Position numbers and translations under genes: made by a program. From an uncultured Staphylococcaceae bacterium (GTDB taxonomy: Bacteria > Bacillota_I > Bacilli_A > ML615J-28 > CAG-313), in contig CAZDPJ010000002.1 in assembly GCA_964507405.1 (NCBI GenBank), forward strand, positions 13,233-77,232: a DNA stretch of 64,000 nt, written 5' to 3'. The notes beneath the pieces were generated by a model. The model saw nothing but the letters and a program-made list of their open reading frames with translations, did not search any database and was not told the origin of the DNA. Of the stretch, positions 1-9,500 are shown piece after piece; within the stretch, counting starts at the first letter, position 1, and every line of letters begins with the position of its first letter.

Positions 1-512
1 AATTTTTAACAATGAAACCAATGCTTTATGTTGCTAATGTTTCAGAAACAGATATAGCATGTGGAAATCAATATGTTGAAAAAGTAAAAGAATACGCAAC
101 AAAAAATAAAGCAAAAGTTGTTATGGTTAGTGCTAAAATAGAAGAAGAATTAAGTACTTTGAGTAAGGAAGATAAAGAAATGTTCTTAGAAGACTTAGGA
201 CTTGAAAAAAGTGGACTTGAGACTTTAATTATGGAAGCATATAATTTACTTGGTTTATGTACATTCTTTACAGCTGGTGAAAAAGAATGTAGAGCATGGA
301 CTTTTAAAAAAGGAATGAAAGCACCAGAATGTGCCGGTGTTATTCACAGTGATTTTGAAAAAGGCTTTATTAAAGCAGAAACATATTCATATGATGATTT
401 AATGACATATGGTACTATTCAAAAAGTTAAAGAAGCTGGTAAAGTAAGACTTGAAGGAAAAGATTATGTTGTTCAAGATGGCGATATAATGCTATTTAGA
501 TTTAATATCTAA
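1..512 (+). CDS. ychF: Ribosome-binding ATPase YchF, C-terminal part (5' end lies upstream of the window)
   Basis: Frame is open from position 3 (..FLT precedes the first Met). FLTMKPMLYVANVSE, FFTAGEKECRAWT, VIHSDFEKGFIKAE and GDIMLFRFN match the conserved YchF/OLA1 C-terminal region. Confidence 0.9.
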   Translation, partial: FLTMKPMLYVANVSETDIACGNQYVEKVKEYATKNKAKVVMVSAKIEEELSTLSKEDKEMFLEDLGLEKSGLETLIMEAYNLLGLCTFFTAGEKECRAWTFKKGMKAPECAGVIHSDFEKGFIKAETYSYDDLMTYGTIQKVKEAGKVRLEGKDYVVQDGDIMLFRFNI

Positions 513-527
513 AAGAAAGGAGTACAA

Positions 528-2033
528 ATGGCACCTCAAAGTAAATATTTAAGTAAATTAAAATCTGAAAATATTGAATTATATGAGTATTTTACTCGTG
601 GTATGGAGATAGTTACAAGACTTAGTGAAAAAATGTATGAGGCGTATCTAGTTGGTGGTGCTGTTAGAGACTACTTATTAGGTGAACCTTTTAAAGATAT
701 TGATATTGCGACTAATGCAACTCCTCGTGAAATCCTTGAAATTTTCCCTGATGCTGATGGAACATTCTCGGAAATGGGTTGTATTGAATTAAAAGAAAAT
801 GGGCGTACTTTTCAAATAACAACATTTAGAGATGAGCAATTAGTAACGACTCGAAAAACTAAAAATATTCATTATTCAAAAAAATTAACAGATGATGTTT
901 TAAGAAGAGATTTTACTGTAAATGCTTTAGCCTTAACAACTAATTATAATGTTGTTGATATAGTTAATGGCGGTAAAGACTTAAAAAAGAAGATTGTTAG
1001 AGTAATTGGTAAACCAAAGAAAAGATTTCGTGAAGACTCTTTAAGAATCTATCGTGGTTTTGAACTAATATCAAGATATAACTTTAAACTTGATTCTAAA
1101 ACAGCAAGAGGAATGAGGGCAGCTTGTAAATATTTAGAAGAAGTTTCGACACATAAACAAACCGAGGCTCTTTATAAAATACTAAATGGCAAATATGCTC
1201 GTAATGCAATTTTAGAAATGGCTGATTTAGATTTATTTAGATATGATGCTGTTTACAAAAAGTGGTTAACAAGAATTGCATATAAATTTAAAAAGACAAA
1301 TGTTTTAGAAAAATTTGCCTCACTATATTATATGTATGGTAGTATTCCTAATAATACATGTTTTAACCATACAACGTTAAGTTATTTCAATCAAGTAATT
1401 TCAGTTGTTAAAATGCTTGAAGAAAATAAAGTGGATCCATTAATGGTATATAAATATGGTGGTGAGATATTATTATCAGCGAACCAAATATTGATTACTG
1501 TTAAAAGAGGATATAAAAATCAAGCAAAACAAATTAAGAAAATAGATAGTTCTTTAGTTATTAGAGACCGTAGAGATTTGAAATTTACATCTGAAGAATT
1601 AATTTTAATGTTAGGTAATAAAAGTTCTACTAAGATAACAGAAATTATGGATATTATAATTCGTAAAGTAATTAATGAAGAAATACCTAATAGTAATGCC
1701 TTAATTAGACAAGAAGTTATGAGGCTAATTAATTTAGAAAAACAAATTACCGAAGAACAAATTAAAAATGAAGAATTACCTGAAGATAATACGTCTACAA
1801 GTTCATCAGAAGAAGATACTTCACAAAATGTTAATGTTCAAAAACTATTAGAAATGTATAATGAAGAATTTAAACAACTTTATAATATATATATGCGTGG
1901 GGTTGATGGATTTAATGAAATGAGTGAAGAAGAACAAAATGATATTTCTTCAAGAGTTAAACAAAAAGTAAAACAATCATTAGTATCTAATAATGCTAAG
2001 TATAATATTTTAGTTGAAAGGAATATGATATAA
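528..2033 (+). CDS. cca: CCA-adding tRNA nucleotidyltransferase with a ~100-aa acidic C-terminal extension
   Basis: SD aaaggag upstream. Class-II nucleotidyltransferase motifs GGAVRDYLLG..DIDIAT and RRDFTVNALA. 501 aa versus ~400 aa typical. Confidence 0.85.
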   Translation: MAPQSKYLSKLKSENIELYEYFTRGMEIVTRLSEKMYEAYLVGGAVRDYLLGEPFKDIDIATNATPREILEIFPDADGTFSEMGCIELKENGRTFQITTFRDEQLVTTRKTKNIHYSKKLTDDVLRRDFTVNALALTTNYNVVDIVNGGKDLKKKIVRVIGKPKKRFREDSLRIYRGFELISRYNFKLDSKTARGMRAACKYLEEVSTHKQTEALYKILNGKYARNAILEMADLDLFRYDAVYKKWLTRIAYKFKKTNVLEKFASLYYMYGSIPNNTCFNHTTLSYFNQVISVVKMLEENKVDPLMVYKYGGEILLSANQILITVKRGYKNQAKQIKKIDSSLVIRDRRDLKFTSEELILMLGNKSSTKITEIMDIIIRKVINEEIPNSNALIRQEVMRLINLEKQITEEQIKNEELPEDNTSTSSSEEDTSQNVNVQKLLEMYNEEFKQLYNIYMRGVDGFNEMSEEEQNDISSRVKQKVKQSLVSNNAKYNILVERNMI

Positions 2034-2968
2034 TGAGAAAATTTAATTCAATGAAAATTGGTGAAGATGTTACGTTCTATGCTTTAGTTGAATCTTTTCA
2101 ACAACGTTATACTCCAAATAAAAGTGCATATTATAGTGCTTCTTTATCTGATGGTGATTCTATTATTGATGCCAGAATTTGGGATATTAATTTAGTCGAA
2201 AAGATTAATCTTACTAGAGGTGAGATATATCAGTTTGATGCCCATATTAATGAATATGCAAGTAAAGCTCAATTTGTTATAAAAGAAATTAGAATGCCTG
2301 TTGAAGGTGAATATAATAAAAATGATTTTTATCGTAGTGCTCCTATTACTGAAGAATTACTTCGCTTTGAAATAAAAAAATACATCAATAAAATTGAAAA
2401 TCCAGTTCTAAGAGAAATTGTTATTAGACTTATTAGTAAAGTTGCTGATGAGTATTTCACATTTCCAGCCGCAATGTCAATGCATCATAATTATGCATCA
2501 GGTCTTGCATATCATACATATACAATGTTAAGACTTGCTGATACATATTTAGAATTATATCAAGGTATGAGTAAGGATTTATTATATGCAGGCACAATTA
2601 TTCATGATATCGGGAAAACCAAAGAACTAAGTGGAGTCCATGGTACAGTTTATACTGAAGATGGTAATTTGTTAGGTCACATTGTAATTGGACTTCAAAT
2701 GATGTCATCAGTTGCGACTGAACTTGGTATTTTAGATACTGAAGAAGTTAAAGTTCTTTCCCATTTAATTGCTTCTCATCATGGCGAACTTGAATATGGA
2801 AGTCCTAAAGAACCTGGTATGTTAGAAGCATTTGCTCTACATTTTATGGATTTAGCTGATGCGAAAATGACAGCAATATCTGCGGAAATTGTTAAAACAG
2901 AAAAAGGTAAATTAACTGGTCCAATCGGAAGCATTAACCGAAAAACAATATATCGACCAAATCTATAA
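2033..2968 (+). CDS. yhaM: 3'-5' exoribonuclease YhaM (OB-fold + HD domain)
   Basis: N-terminal OB-like region followed by HD-domain motifs (HHNYASGLAYHT, IIHDIGK, ASHHG). ATG overlaps the cca stop (TAATG). Confidence 0.8.
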   Translation: MRKFNSMKIGEDVTFYALVESFQQRYTPNKSAYYSASLSDGDSIIDARIWDINLVEKINLTRGEIYQFDAHINEYASKAQFVIKEIRMPVEGEYNKNDFYRSAPITEELLRFEIKKYINKIENPVLREIVIRLISKVADEYFTFPAAMSMHHNYASGLAYHTYTMLRLADTYLELYQGMSKDLLYAGTIIHDIGKTKELSGVHGTVYTEDGNLLGHIVIGLQMMSSVATELGILDTEEVKVLSHLIASHHGELEYGSPKEPGMLEAFALHFMDLADAKMTAISAEIVKTEKGKLTGPIGSINRKTIYRPNL

Positions 2969-3026
2969 TAATAAATAAGAAGTTTACTTGAATCTGTTTG
3001 ATTAAAATGGACAAGTTAAAAAGAAG

Positions 3027-3078
3027 ACATTAGAGAAAGTAATATGATATTTATTACTTGAATTCTAATGTTTTTTTT
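3027..3078 (+). terminator. Rho-independent terminator after yhaM
   Basis: Long imperfect hairpin ACATTAGA..AGTAAT / ATTACT..TCTAATGT followed by T8. Confidence 0.6.
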
Positions 3079-3087
3079 ACTATATAT

Positions 3088-3129
3088 AAAAAAGTGATTA
3101 TCGGAAATTACCAATAATCACGTTTTTTT
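3088..3129. terminator. Bidirectional terminator
   Basis: Hairpin GTGATTATCGG-loop-CCAATAATCAC flanked by A6 on the left and T7 on the right. Serves the minus-strand micro-ORF and backs up yhaM. Confidence 0.6.
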
Positions 3130-3134
3130 AATTA

Positions 3135-3224
3135 CTAGAATGCCCAGCATGCGCCGATGATAACTAATAAAATGAATAAAACTAAGATAAAAGCATAACC
3201 ATATTCTTGACGACCTGTATTCAT
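3135..3224 (-). CDS. YjcZ-family tiny transmembrane sporulation protein (29 aa), absent from the ORF track
   Basis: Minus-strand ATG at 3224 preceded by SD tggaaggagg (3231-3240). Product is MNTGRQEYGYAFILVLFILLVIIGACWAF. The core FILVLFILL-IIGA matches my recollection of the tiny_TM_bacill/YjcZ family. Terminator lies immediately downstream. Confidence 0.65.
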   Translation of the reverse strand: MNTGRQEYGYAFILVLFILLVIIGACWAF

Positions 3225-3321
3225 AATCTTCCTCCTTCCAGTAAAATCTAATAACTAAGGATAGGTCTAATACATAATACGTACAAATAATTTTATTGCA
3301 TATTATAAAAGCCTAGTATAT

Positions 3322-3346
3322 TTAATTTCACATTAATTTCACATTA
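3322..3346. repeat. Tandem 11-bp direct repeat TTAATTTCACA x2.3 (TTCACA-N5-TTCACA)
   Basis: Read directly: ttaatttcaca ttaatttcaca tta, in the divergent intergenic region between the micro-ORF and the 1060-aa gene. Confidence 0.9.
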
Positions 3347-3487
3347 GAAAAATAATAAGTAAAAAAAGAATAAATTACTTAAAAAATGGAAATTTTTTAG
3401 TTGTAATTTTTCTAAAAAAATGGTATCATAATATTGTTATAATGACTTATACTATAAAGTCAAATTAAATTAAAGGAGAGAAAGAAA

Positions 3488-6400
3488 ATGAGTGAAAAAC
3501 CAATGACTGGTAAAGATGTCGTTAAACGCACCCTTCCTGTGGCTATTGCTTTAGTTTTAATCGTTATTATTGCTATTATCGTAATGTCTGCGAAAAGTTG
3601 TAATAATAAAACTCCAGAACTAAGTAATGGTGATGATACATTTATTGTATTTAAAGGCCAAAATGGTGCGAAAGATTTAACAATATCTAAAGAACGTTTA
3701 TACACTTATATGAAACAACAATATGGTGTTTCTGAATTAATGAGATTAGTTGATAATAAACTTTATGAAGAAGAAATGAATCAAGTTAATCAAGCTGATT
3801 TAGATAAGTATATTGTTGAAAGTGTATTTACATCTAAATCATTAGATGCAACAACAGACTCTGATGCTGTTAAGGAATCTAATAAAAAAGAATTCCAAGA
3901 TATGATTGATTCATTATTAATGAACAATTTACTTAAAAAAGCAGATGTTGATACTGATCCTTATAACACTGCATCTAAAGTTTGGGATGTTTTACGTAAA
4001 TATTATAAATTACAATATGCACGTCGTGAATGGGCTAAAGCTGAATATGGTAGATATTTAGAAGAACAATTAAAAGATTCTACTGATGAGGCAACTTATT
4101 CAAAAATGTTTACAGATGATGATCTAGAAACATATTTTGAAGAAAATTATTCAGGTACTGTTTATGGATTCTTTATTCCATTTACTAGTGAAGCAGCAGC
4201 AAAGAAAGCTATGGCTGAAGTTGGAATTAACACATCTAGTGCTTTATTAGACGATGATGATGGTTGGGTTCGTTCTTCATTTGATTACAATGCTAAAGAC
4301 AATCCAACAGTTCCAGAAGATGCTTATTTAACACCTGCTGAAGTATATAAAGCATTTATTAAAATGTATAATGCTGTATATAGTGGTCAAGGTAAAAGCA
4401 TTAATGAAAGTGTTTATGCTGAAGAAGTTAGTTATTCTAAAACTTTAACTAAACTTGTTAATGCATTAAATACAGCTGTTAAAGATAAAACTGTTGAAGG
4501 AGATGTAGTTCTTCCTCAAACAATTACAGTAACTGGTCAAGAAGCTGCACAAGTAACTTGGGAATTAGGCGAAACTAATGAACATCTTACTTTAGAAAAT
4601 GGTAAAATTTCTTATCATACTGTAGCTACTGCTGATGAAAAATTCACATTAAAAGCAACAATTGAATTTTCTGAAAACAATAAGAAAACAGTATCTTATG
4701 AATTAACAATTAAGAAATTAGAAAACATGGAAGATAAGAAAGCTGAAGAAACTTGGACAGTTGAAGCAGTTGAACCATTTATGCAATTTAAAGTTGAAGT
4801 ATTAGAAACAGAAGCTGTAGATTATACATGGACTAATTCAGAATTAAAAGAAATAAATGATACTCTTGCTACATATATGAAAACTGAATCTACTAAATTA
4901 AAAATTGAAGATGATCCAGCTAAATTTGCTAAATCATATACTGTTAAACCAGTTTCATGTGGTAATTATTATTTCTTAATGATTAAATTTAAAGAAACAG
5001 TAGGTACTAATTTATCTGAAATTAAAGAAGAAGTTGAAAAAGCAAAACTTAATAGTTTATTAGATGGTGAAAGTGGTGAAAACTATATTAACCAAATGAT
5101 TTATAAACGTCGTCAAGATGCTGGTCTTGAAATATATGATCGTTATATTGAAGCTGTTTATGATTATCAATATACTCAATTCTTTGAATCTACATTAAAA
5201 TTAACTGATTATGATAAATTTGAAGATTCTAAGAAAAAAGAACAAGTTAATGTTGCTAAATTCATGGTTGGTGATAACAAAGTAACTATTTCTGCTGATG
5301 AATTATATAGTGAACTTGCGACTAAATATAGTGTTTCAATTTCTGTAGATTTAATTAATCAATATAAACTTGTATCTGATAAAACATTCAATACTATTTA
5401 CAACCCTTATACTGGTGATAAAGATAAAGATAGTTATAGTGAATTATTAACAAGTGAAATTGGTAATTTCCGTAAGAACTTTGAACTGGGATATTTTACA
5501 TATTCTTATCTATCATATTATGGATTCATTCCTAACTTCCCTGCATCATATGGATGGGCTAATTTCAAACAAGATTACTTTGGTGCGTTCACTGATGAAG
5601 AATTATTAATTAATTCATCATTTGGTGGTTCTGCTTATTCAGAAGCATTAAAAGCTTATAAGAAAACTTTATATTCTGATATTACTGCTATTGATGGAGC
5701 AGAAACAACAGATGTTTATAAGAAAATGGAAGAATTATATAATGAATGGTATGGATTAAATGTTGTTAACCTAATTGTTGGTATTGATACTAACTATGAT
5801 GGAACAATGAATCAACAATCAATTAAAGATGAAACTCTTAATACATTTAGTAAGACTGATTGGACAAATGAACAAAAAGATTTAGCTAAAGAATTAATTG
5901 AATTATTTAAAGAATTATTACCTCAAACAGCAAAAACTGGCCCTTATTCTCAACTTGAAGAAATGGTTAAAGTATATAATGAAGCAGGATTAACAGAAGA
6001 AACTGCTGCTCCTACTGCTGAATCTACTATTTATAATTATAATTATTTTGCTAAATACAAGAAAGCTGGTTTAGTATTAAAACTTGAAAAAGCAGCAGAA
6101 TATAATAATAGTTCTTCACTTGTAGAAGAGTTCTTAGATGAATTAGAAGCAATGTATAAAGAAGTTGTTGAAAATGGTGATGAAGGAACTTTTGATGTTG
6201 CTTATGCATCTAAACCAGTTGAAACTATGTATGGATTCCATTTAATCTATGCATTAAATACAACAGAACGTGAAGATCTTCCAGAAGTTAAAGATATCAT
6301 TATTTATAATTTAGTTCAAGATGCTGAAACATATGCTGATTCAACTGTTGATTATAAGATTAAGAAATATGAAGCAGCTGTTGAAGAATTAAAGAAATAT

Positions 6401-6670
6401 GATATTGAATACACTAGTGATTATGAAATGGATGAGGAAATCACAGCCAAAATTACTGCTTGGTATACAACTGCTATTACTGAACTTACTGGTGAAAAAG
6501 TATTATCAAAAGATTTAATTGATTATTTAAAAGCTAATAAAACTAACATTCAATTTAGTGGTGAATTTACTTATACTGAAGATGGTGCTGAAGTTAAATT
6601 TAATAGTGAAAAATTCTTAACAATTTTAGATGCTATCATTGAAGTTAGTGAAAAAGATATAGAGGAATAG
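3488..6670 (+). CDS. Giant membrane-anchored PrsA/SurA-like foldase-type protein (1060 aa)
   Basis: SD aaaggagag. N-terminal signal anchor TLPVAIALVLIVIIAIIVM. Two PrsA/SurA-N-like modules (LTISKERLYTYMKQQYGVSELMRLVDNKL; VTISADELYSELATKYSVSISVDLINQYKL). Degenerate parvulin-like strand ends (GNYYFLMIKF, MYGFHLIYAL). Confidence 0.55.
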   Translation: MSEKPMTGKDVVKRTLPVAIALVLIVIIAIIVMSAKSCNNKTPELSNGDDTFIVFKGQNGAKDLTISKERLYTYMKQQYGVSELMRLVDNKLYEEEMNQVNQADLDKYIVESVFTSKSLDATTDSDAVKESNKKEFQDMIDSLLMNNLLKKADVDTDPYNTASKVWDVLRKYYKLQYARREWAKAEYGRYLEEQLKDSTDEATYSKMFTDDDLETYFEENYSGTVYGFFIPFTSEAAAKKAMAEVGINTSSALLDDDDGWVRSSFDYNAKDNPTVPEDAYLTPAEVYKAFIKMYNAVYSGQGKSINESVYAEEVSYSKTLTKLVNALNTAVKDKTVEGDVVLPQTITVTGQEAAQVTWELGETNEHLTLENGKISYHTVATADEKFTLKATIEFSENNKKTVSYELTIKKLENMEDKKAEETWTVEAVEPFMQFKVEVLETEAVDYTWTNSELKEINDTLATYMKTESTKLKIEDDPAKFAKSYTVKPVSCGNYYFLMIKFKETVGTNLSEIKEEVEKAKLNSLLDGESGENYINQMIYKRRQDAGLEIYDRYIEAVYDYQYTQFFESTLKLTDYDKFEDSKKKEQVNVAKFMVGDNKVTISADELYSELATKYSVSISVDLINQYKLVSDKTFNTIYNPYTGDKDKDSYSELLTSEIGNFRKNFELGYFTYSYLSYYGFIPNFPASYGWANFKQDYFGAFTDEELLINSSFGGSAYSEALKAYKKTLYSDITAIDGAETTDVYKKMEELYNEWYGLNVVNLIVGIDTNYDGTMNQQSIKDETLNTFSKTDWTNEQKDLAKELIELFKELLPQTAKTGPYSQLEEMVKVYNEAGLTEETAAPTAESTIYNYNYFAKYKKAGLVLKLEKAAEYNNSSSLVEEFLDELEAMYKEVVENGDEGTFDVAYASKPVETMYGFHLIYALNTTEREDLPEVKDIIIYNLVQDAETYADSTVDYKIKKYEAAVEELKKYDIEYTSDYEMDEEITAKITAWYTTAITELTGEKVLSKDLIDYLKANKTNIQFSGEFTYTEDGAEVKFNSEKFLTILDAIIEVSEKDIEE

Positions 6671-6682
6671 GAGGATAAAAAA

Positions 6683-9415
6683 ATGAAAAATCTTAAATTA
6701 TTATTATCTCGCATTCTTCCTTGTTTATTAGTTGTAGCTTGTGTATTTACATTTGTTAGCTGCAAACCTAAAGATGATGAAGATACTTATCCAAAAGTTT
6801 CTCCTACAGTATCAGATCCTGAAGGAACATTTATGTCAATTGGTAACTATAAAGTTACTAGAAAAACTGTATATGATCGTCTTGTTCAAAATTATGGTTT
6901 AGATGTTTTAGAAGATATGATTAATAAATCAATTGTATCTAATGTTGAATTTGATTCACATTATAGCTTAGAAGATTTTGAAACAAATTATGAAATCATT
7001 AAATATGGTGCTGACCCTGATGATTCAACAAAATCTAATAAAGCAAATTTAACAGCTGAACAAATTAAAGAAGCAGACGATGCATTCCTTGAAAATATGC
7101 GTGCTAATGGTTATTTTAGCGAAGAAACATATAAAGAAGAATATTATAAGTTATCATATTTAACAATGAATTATGTTGTTAAAGAATTCAAAAAGTTTGT
7201 TGAAGAATATAACAACGATGAAGATAATGAAGAACCTTATTATTCTGAAGAAGATATGAGAGATTATTATGAAGCTAATAATCGTCCAAAAGTAACTGCG
7301 ATTGTTATTACTTTTGATAGTGAATATCAAGCACTTCAAGAAATGAAAAATGTAGGTATTAATGTTAATAAATTAAATGGTACTTGGGAAATAAACAATG
7401 CAAGTGCTACTCCTGCAACTCTAGAAGAAGCATTTAAAGCTATTTATAAAAATGTATATGGTAATGATTATGAAACTCATGTTTATACATCAAAAGAATT
7501 AAGTAAGATTTCTTCAGTTATTGCTTCAAAAGCATATGACTTATCTAAAGTATCTACTGATATCGTAGAATTAAATAAATCATATACTCATGGTCCACTT
7601 GTTGCTGGAAGTCGTTATTACTTAATGTTAAAACTTGATGAAGATGCAACTGGAATTACTAAATATGAAGATTTAACTGATAAGAGTGATATCCTTCATG
7701 CTTTAGTTGAAAATACAATCAGTGAATACTACATTACTAAAATTTTAGGTGAAGCTCATGTAGCAAATGGCTTAAAAATTTATGATGAAGGCTTAGAAAG
7801 TAAATATGTAATTGAATTCAATGCTGCATATTCTAATTTAAAGATTACTGATTATGAAGCTTTCCCTGAAACTACAGAAGAAAGTGCAACTGTTGTTGCA
7901 AGCTATCAATTAAATGGACAAACTGTTAACATTACAGCTGACCAATTATATGATCAATTAGTTAAACAATATGGTTCTGCTCTATCTTTATCTATTTTAC
8001 AACAATATTCATTATTATCTAATAAAGAATATAACAGTGTTATTGATTTCACAACTGATGAAATTTTAGACCAAGATAAATTTGATGAATACTATAAAGC
8101 AGATGTTCAACAATTCAAGACTTCTTTTGAAGAAGGTAAATATGCAACAAATGGTTATCCTGCATCTTATGGTTGGGAACATTTCATTCATGATTACCTT
8201 GGTGTTAATAGTGAAATGGAAATTATGAAGAGTATGGATTCAAGCTTAATGGAAGCTGCTAAAGATGTTCTTGCAAGAACAATTTGGACTAACACTAAGA
8301 AAGTTGTAGATGAAGAAACAAATGAAGAAACTGAAGTTATTGATGATGAAGCAATCCAAAAAGAAATGGAAAATATCTTCAATGAATTCTTTAGTGTATC
8401 AATGGTAGGCGTTTATGTTTACTATGATAAGAATGAAGATGGTGTTGCTGATCATTACAGTGAAGGCGCAAATACAGATGCATTATCTACTGCACTATTA
8501 AATAAGATTTATACTGAAGCTGAAGCTTTATATAATGCTGAAAAGAATTTAGATACTACATTTGAATCTGCATTAAGTCAAACTGTAAATGCATATAAAC
8601 TTGCAGCAAGCACAAGCTCTGTTTGGGGTACTTATAAGAAAGCTGGATTAAAAGCAACAGCAATTGCATCAACAAATTATACAAATTCTTCTTCAATTAA
8701 TGAAACATTAAAAGCTGCTCTTAAAGATTTATGGAAAAAAGCTTGGGACATTGATAGTCAAAAACTTGCAAGTAAATCTTTAGATCCTGGATATCGTTAT
8801 AAGACTGATATTGATACTATTAGTTCTAAAGATATCGTTTCATTTGAAGAAAATGTTCTTGTAACTTCAAAGAGTGAAATTGTTGCTGGTGATTATCTTT
8901 CATTTGCTTATGAAAATAAAGACTATACTAGAAAAGTATTAGAAGTTAAGGCTGTTGATAGTAACTATACAGTAACTCTATCTGCTGATGAAGCTCCATT
9001 AGTTAATTACTATACTCCATTAAACTTTACTTCTGGCGAATTATTTATCAATAATACTTCCGATGAAGATAAGAATGCCAATGTAGCTTATAAAGTAAGT
9101 CTAACTAAGATTGTTGATCATACATATTTAAGTGGTAAAACTTATAAACCTACACTTGAAGATTATGAAAAATATGTAAAAGATAATTCTTCTGTTACAT
9201 CATCTGTTAAGACTGCTATTACAACTTACTATGTTCCAGCAATTGAAAATGTATTATCAATTAATGGTGTTAGTGAAGCTAAGGTTGTTAATAAGATTTT
9301 AGAAGCATGTGAAGCAAACTTATTAAATACTTCATGGGGAGCTAATGGTGAACAAATCAAAGCTCAATTACTTCAATTAATTGAAGATTCTTATAATTCA
9401 TTAAAAGAAGAATAA
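6683..9415 (+). CDS. Giant PrsA/SurA-like lipoprotein (910 aa), paralog of the preceding gene
   Basis: SD aggagga. Lipoprotein signal LLVVACVFTFVSC. Matching blocks with the upstream protein: VNITADQLYDQLVKQYGSALSLSILQQYSL, PASYGWEHFIHDYLG, SRYYLMLKL. Confidence 0.55.
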   Translation: MKNLKLLLSRILPCLLVVACVFTFVSCKPKDDEDTYPKVSPTVSDPEGTFMSIGNYKVTRKTVYDRLVQNYGLDVLEDMINKSIVSNVEFDSHYSLEDFETNYEIIKYGADPDDSTKSNKANLTAEQIKEADDAFLENMRANGYFSEETYKEEYYKLSYLTMNYVVKEFKKFVEEYNNDEDNEEPYYSEEDMRDYYEANNRPKVTAIVITFDSEYQALQEMKNVGINVNKLNGTWEINNASATPATLEEAFKAIYKNVYGNDYETHVYTSKELSKISSVIASKAYDLSKVSTDIVELNKSYTHGPLVAGSRYYLMLKLDEDATGITKYEDLTDKSDILHALVENTISEYYITKILGEAHVANGLKIYDEGLESKYVIEFNAAYSNLKITDYEAFPETTEESATVVASYQLNGQTVNITADQLYDQLVKQYGSALSLSILQQYSLLSNKEYNSVIDFTTDEILDQDKFDEYYKADVQQFKTSFEEGKYATNGYPASYGWEHFIHDYLGVNSEMEIMKSMDSSLMEAAKDVLARTIWTNTKKVVDEETNEETEVIDDEAIQKEMENIFNEFFSVSMVGVYVYYDKNEDGVADHYSEGANTDALSTALLNKIYTEAEALYNAEKNLDTTFESALSQTVNAYKLAASTSSVWGTYKKAGLKATAIASTNYTNSSSINETLKAALKDLWKKAWDIDSQKLASKSLDPGYRYKTDIDTISSKDIVSFEENVLVTSKSEIVAGDYLSFAYENKDYTRKVLEVKAVDSNYTVTLSADEAPLVNYYTPLNFTSGELFINNTSDEDKNANVAYKVSLTKIVDHTYLSGKTYKPTLEDYEKYVKDNSSVTSSVKTAITTYYVPAIENVLSINGVSEAKVVNKILEACEANLLNTSWGANGEQIKAQLLQLIEDSYNSLKEE

Positions 9416-9424
9416 AACAAATAA

Positions 9425-9457
9425 ACACTTAATAGAGTTATCTATTAAGTGTTTTTT
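9425..9457 (+). terminator. Rho-independent terminator
   Basis: ACACTTAATAGA-gtta-TCTATTAAGTGT followed by T6. Confidence 0.8.
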
Positions 9458-9463
9458 ATATAT

Positions 9464-9488
9464 AAAAAAAGCCTGAAATAATCAGACT
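9464..9488 (-). terminator. Terminator of the minus-strand repressor gene
   Basis: AGTCTGA-loop-TCAGGCT followed by T7 when read on the minus strand. Confidence 0.55.
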
Positions 9489-9500
9489 AAAGTTAATAAG

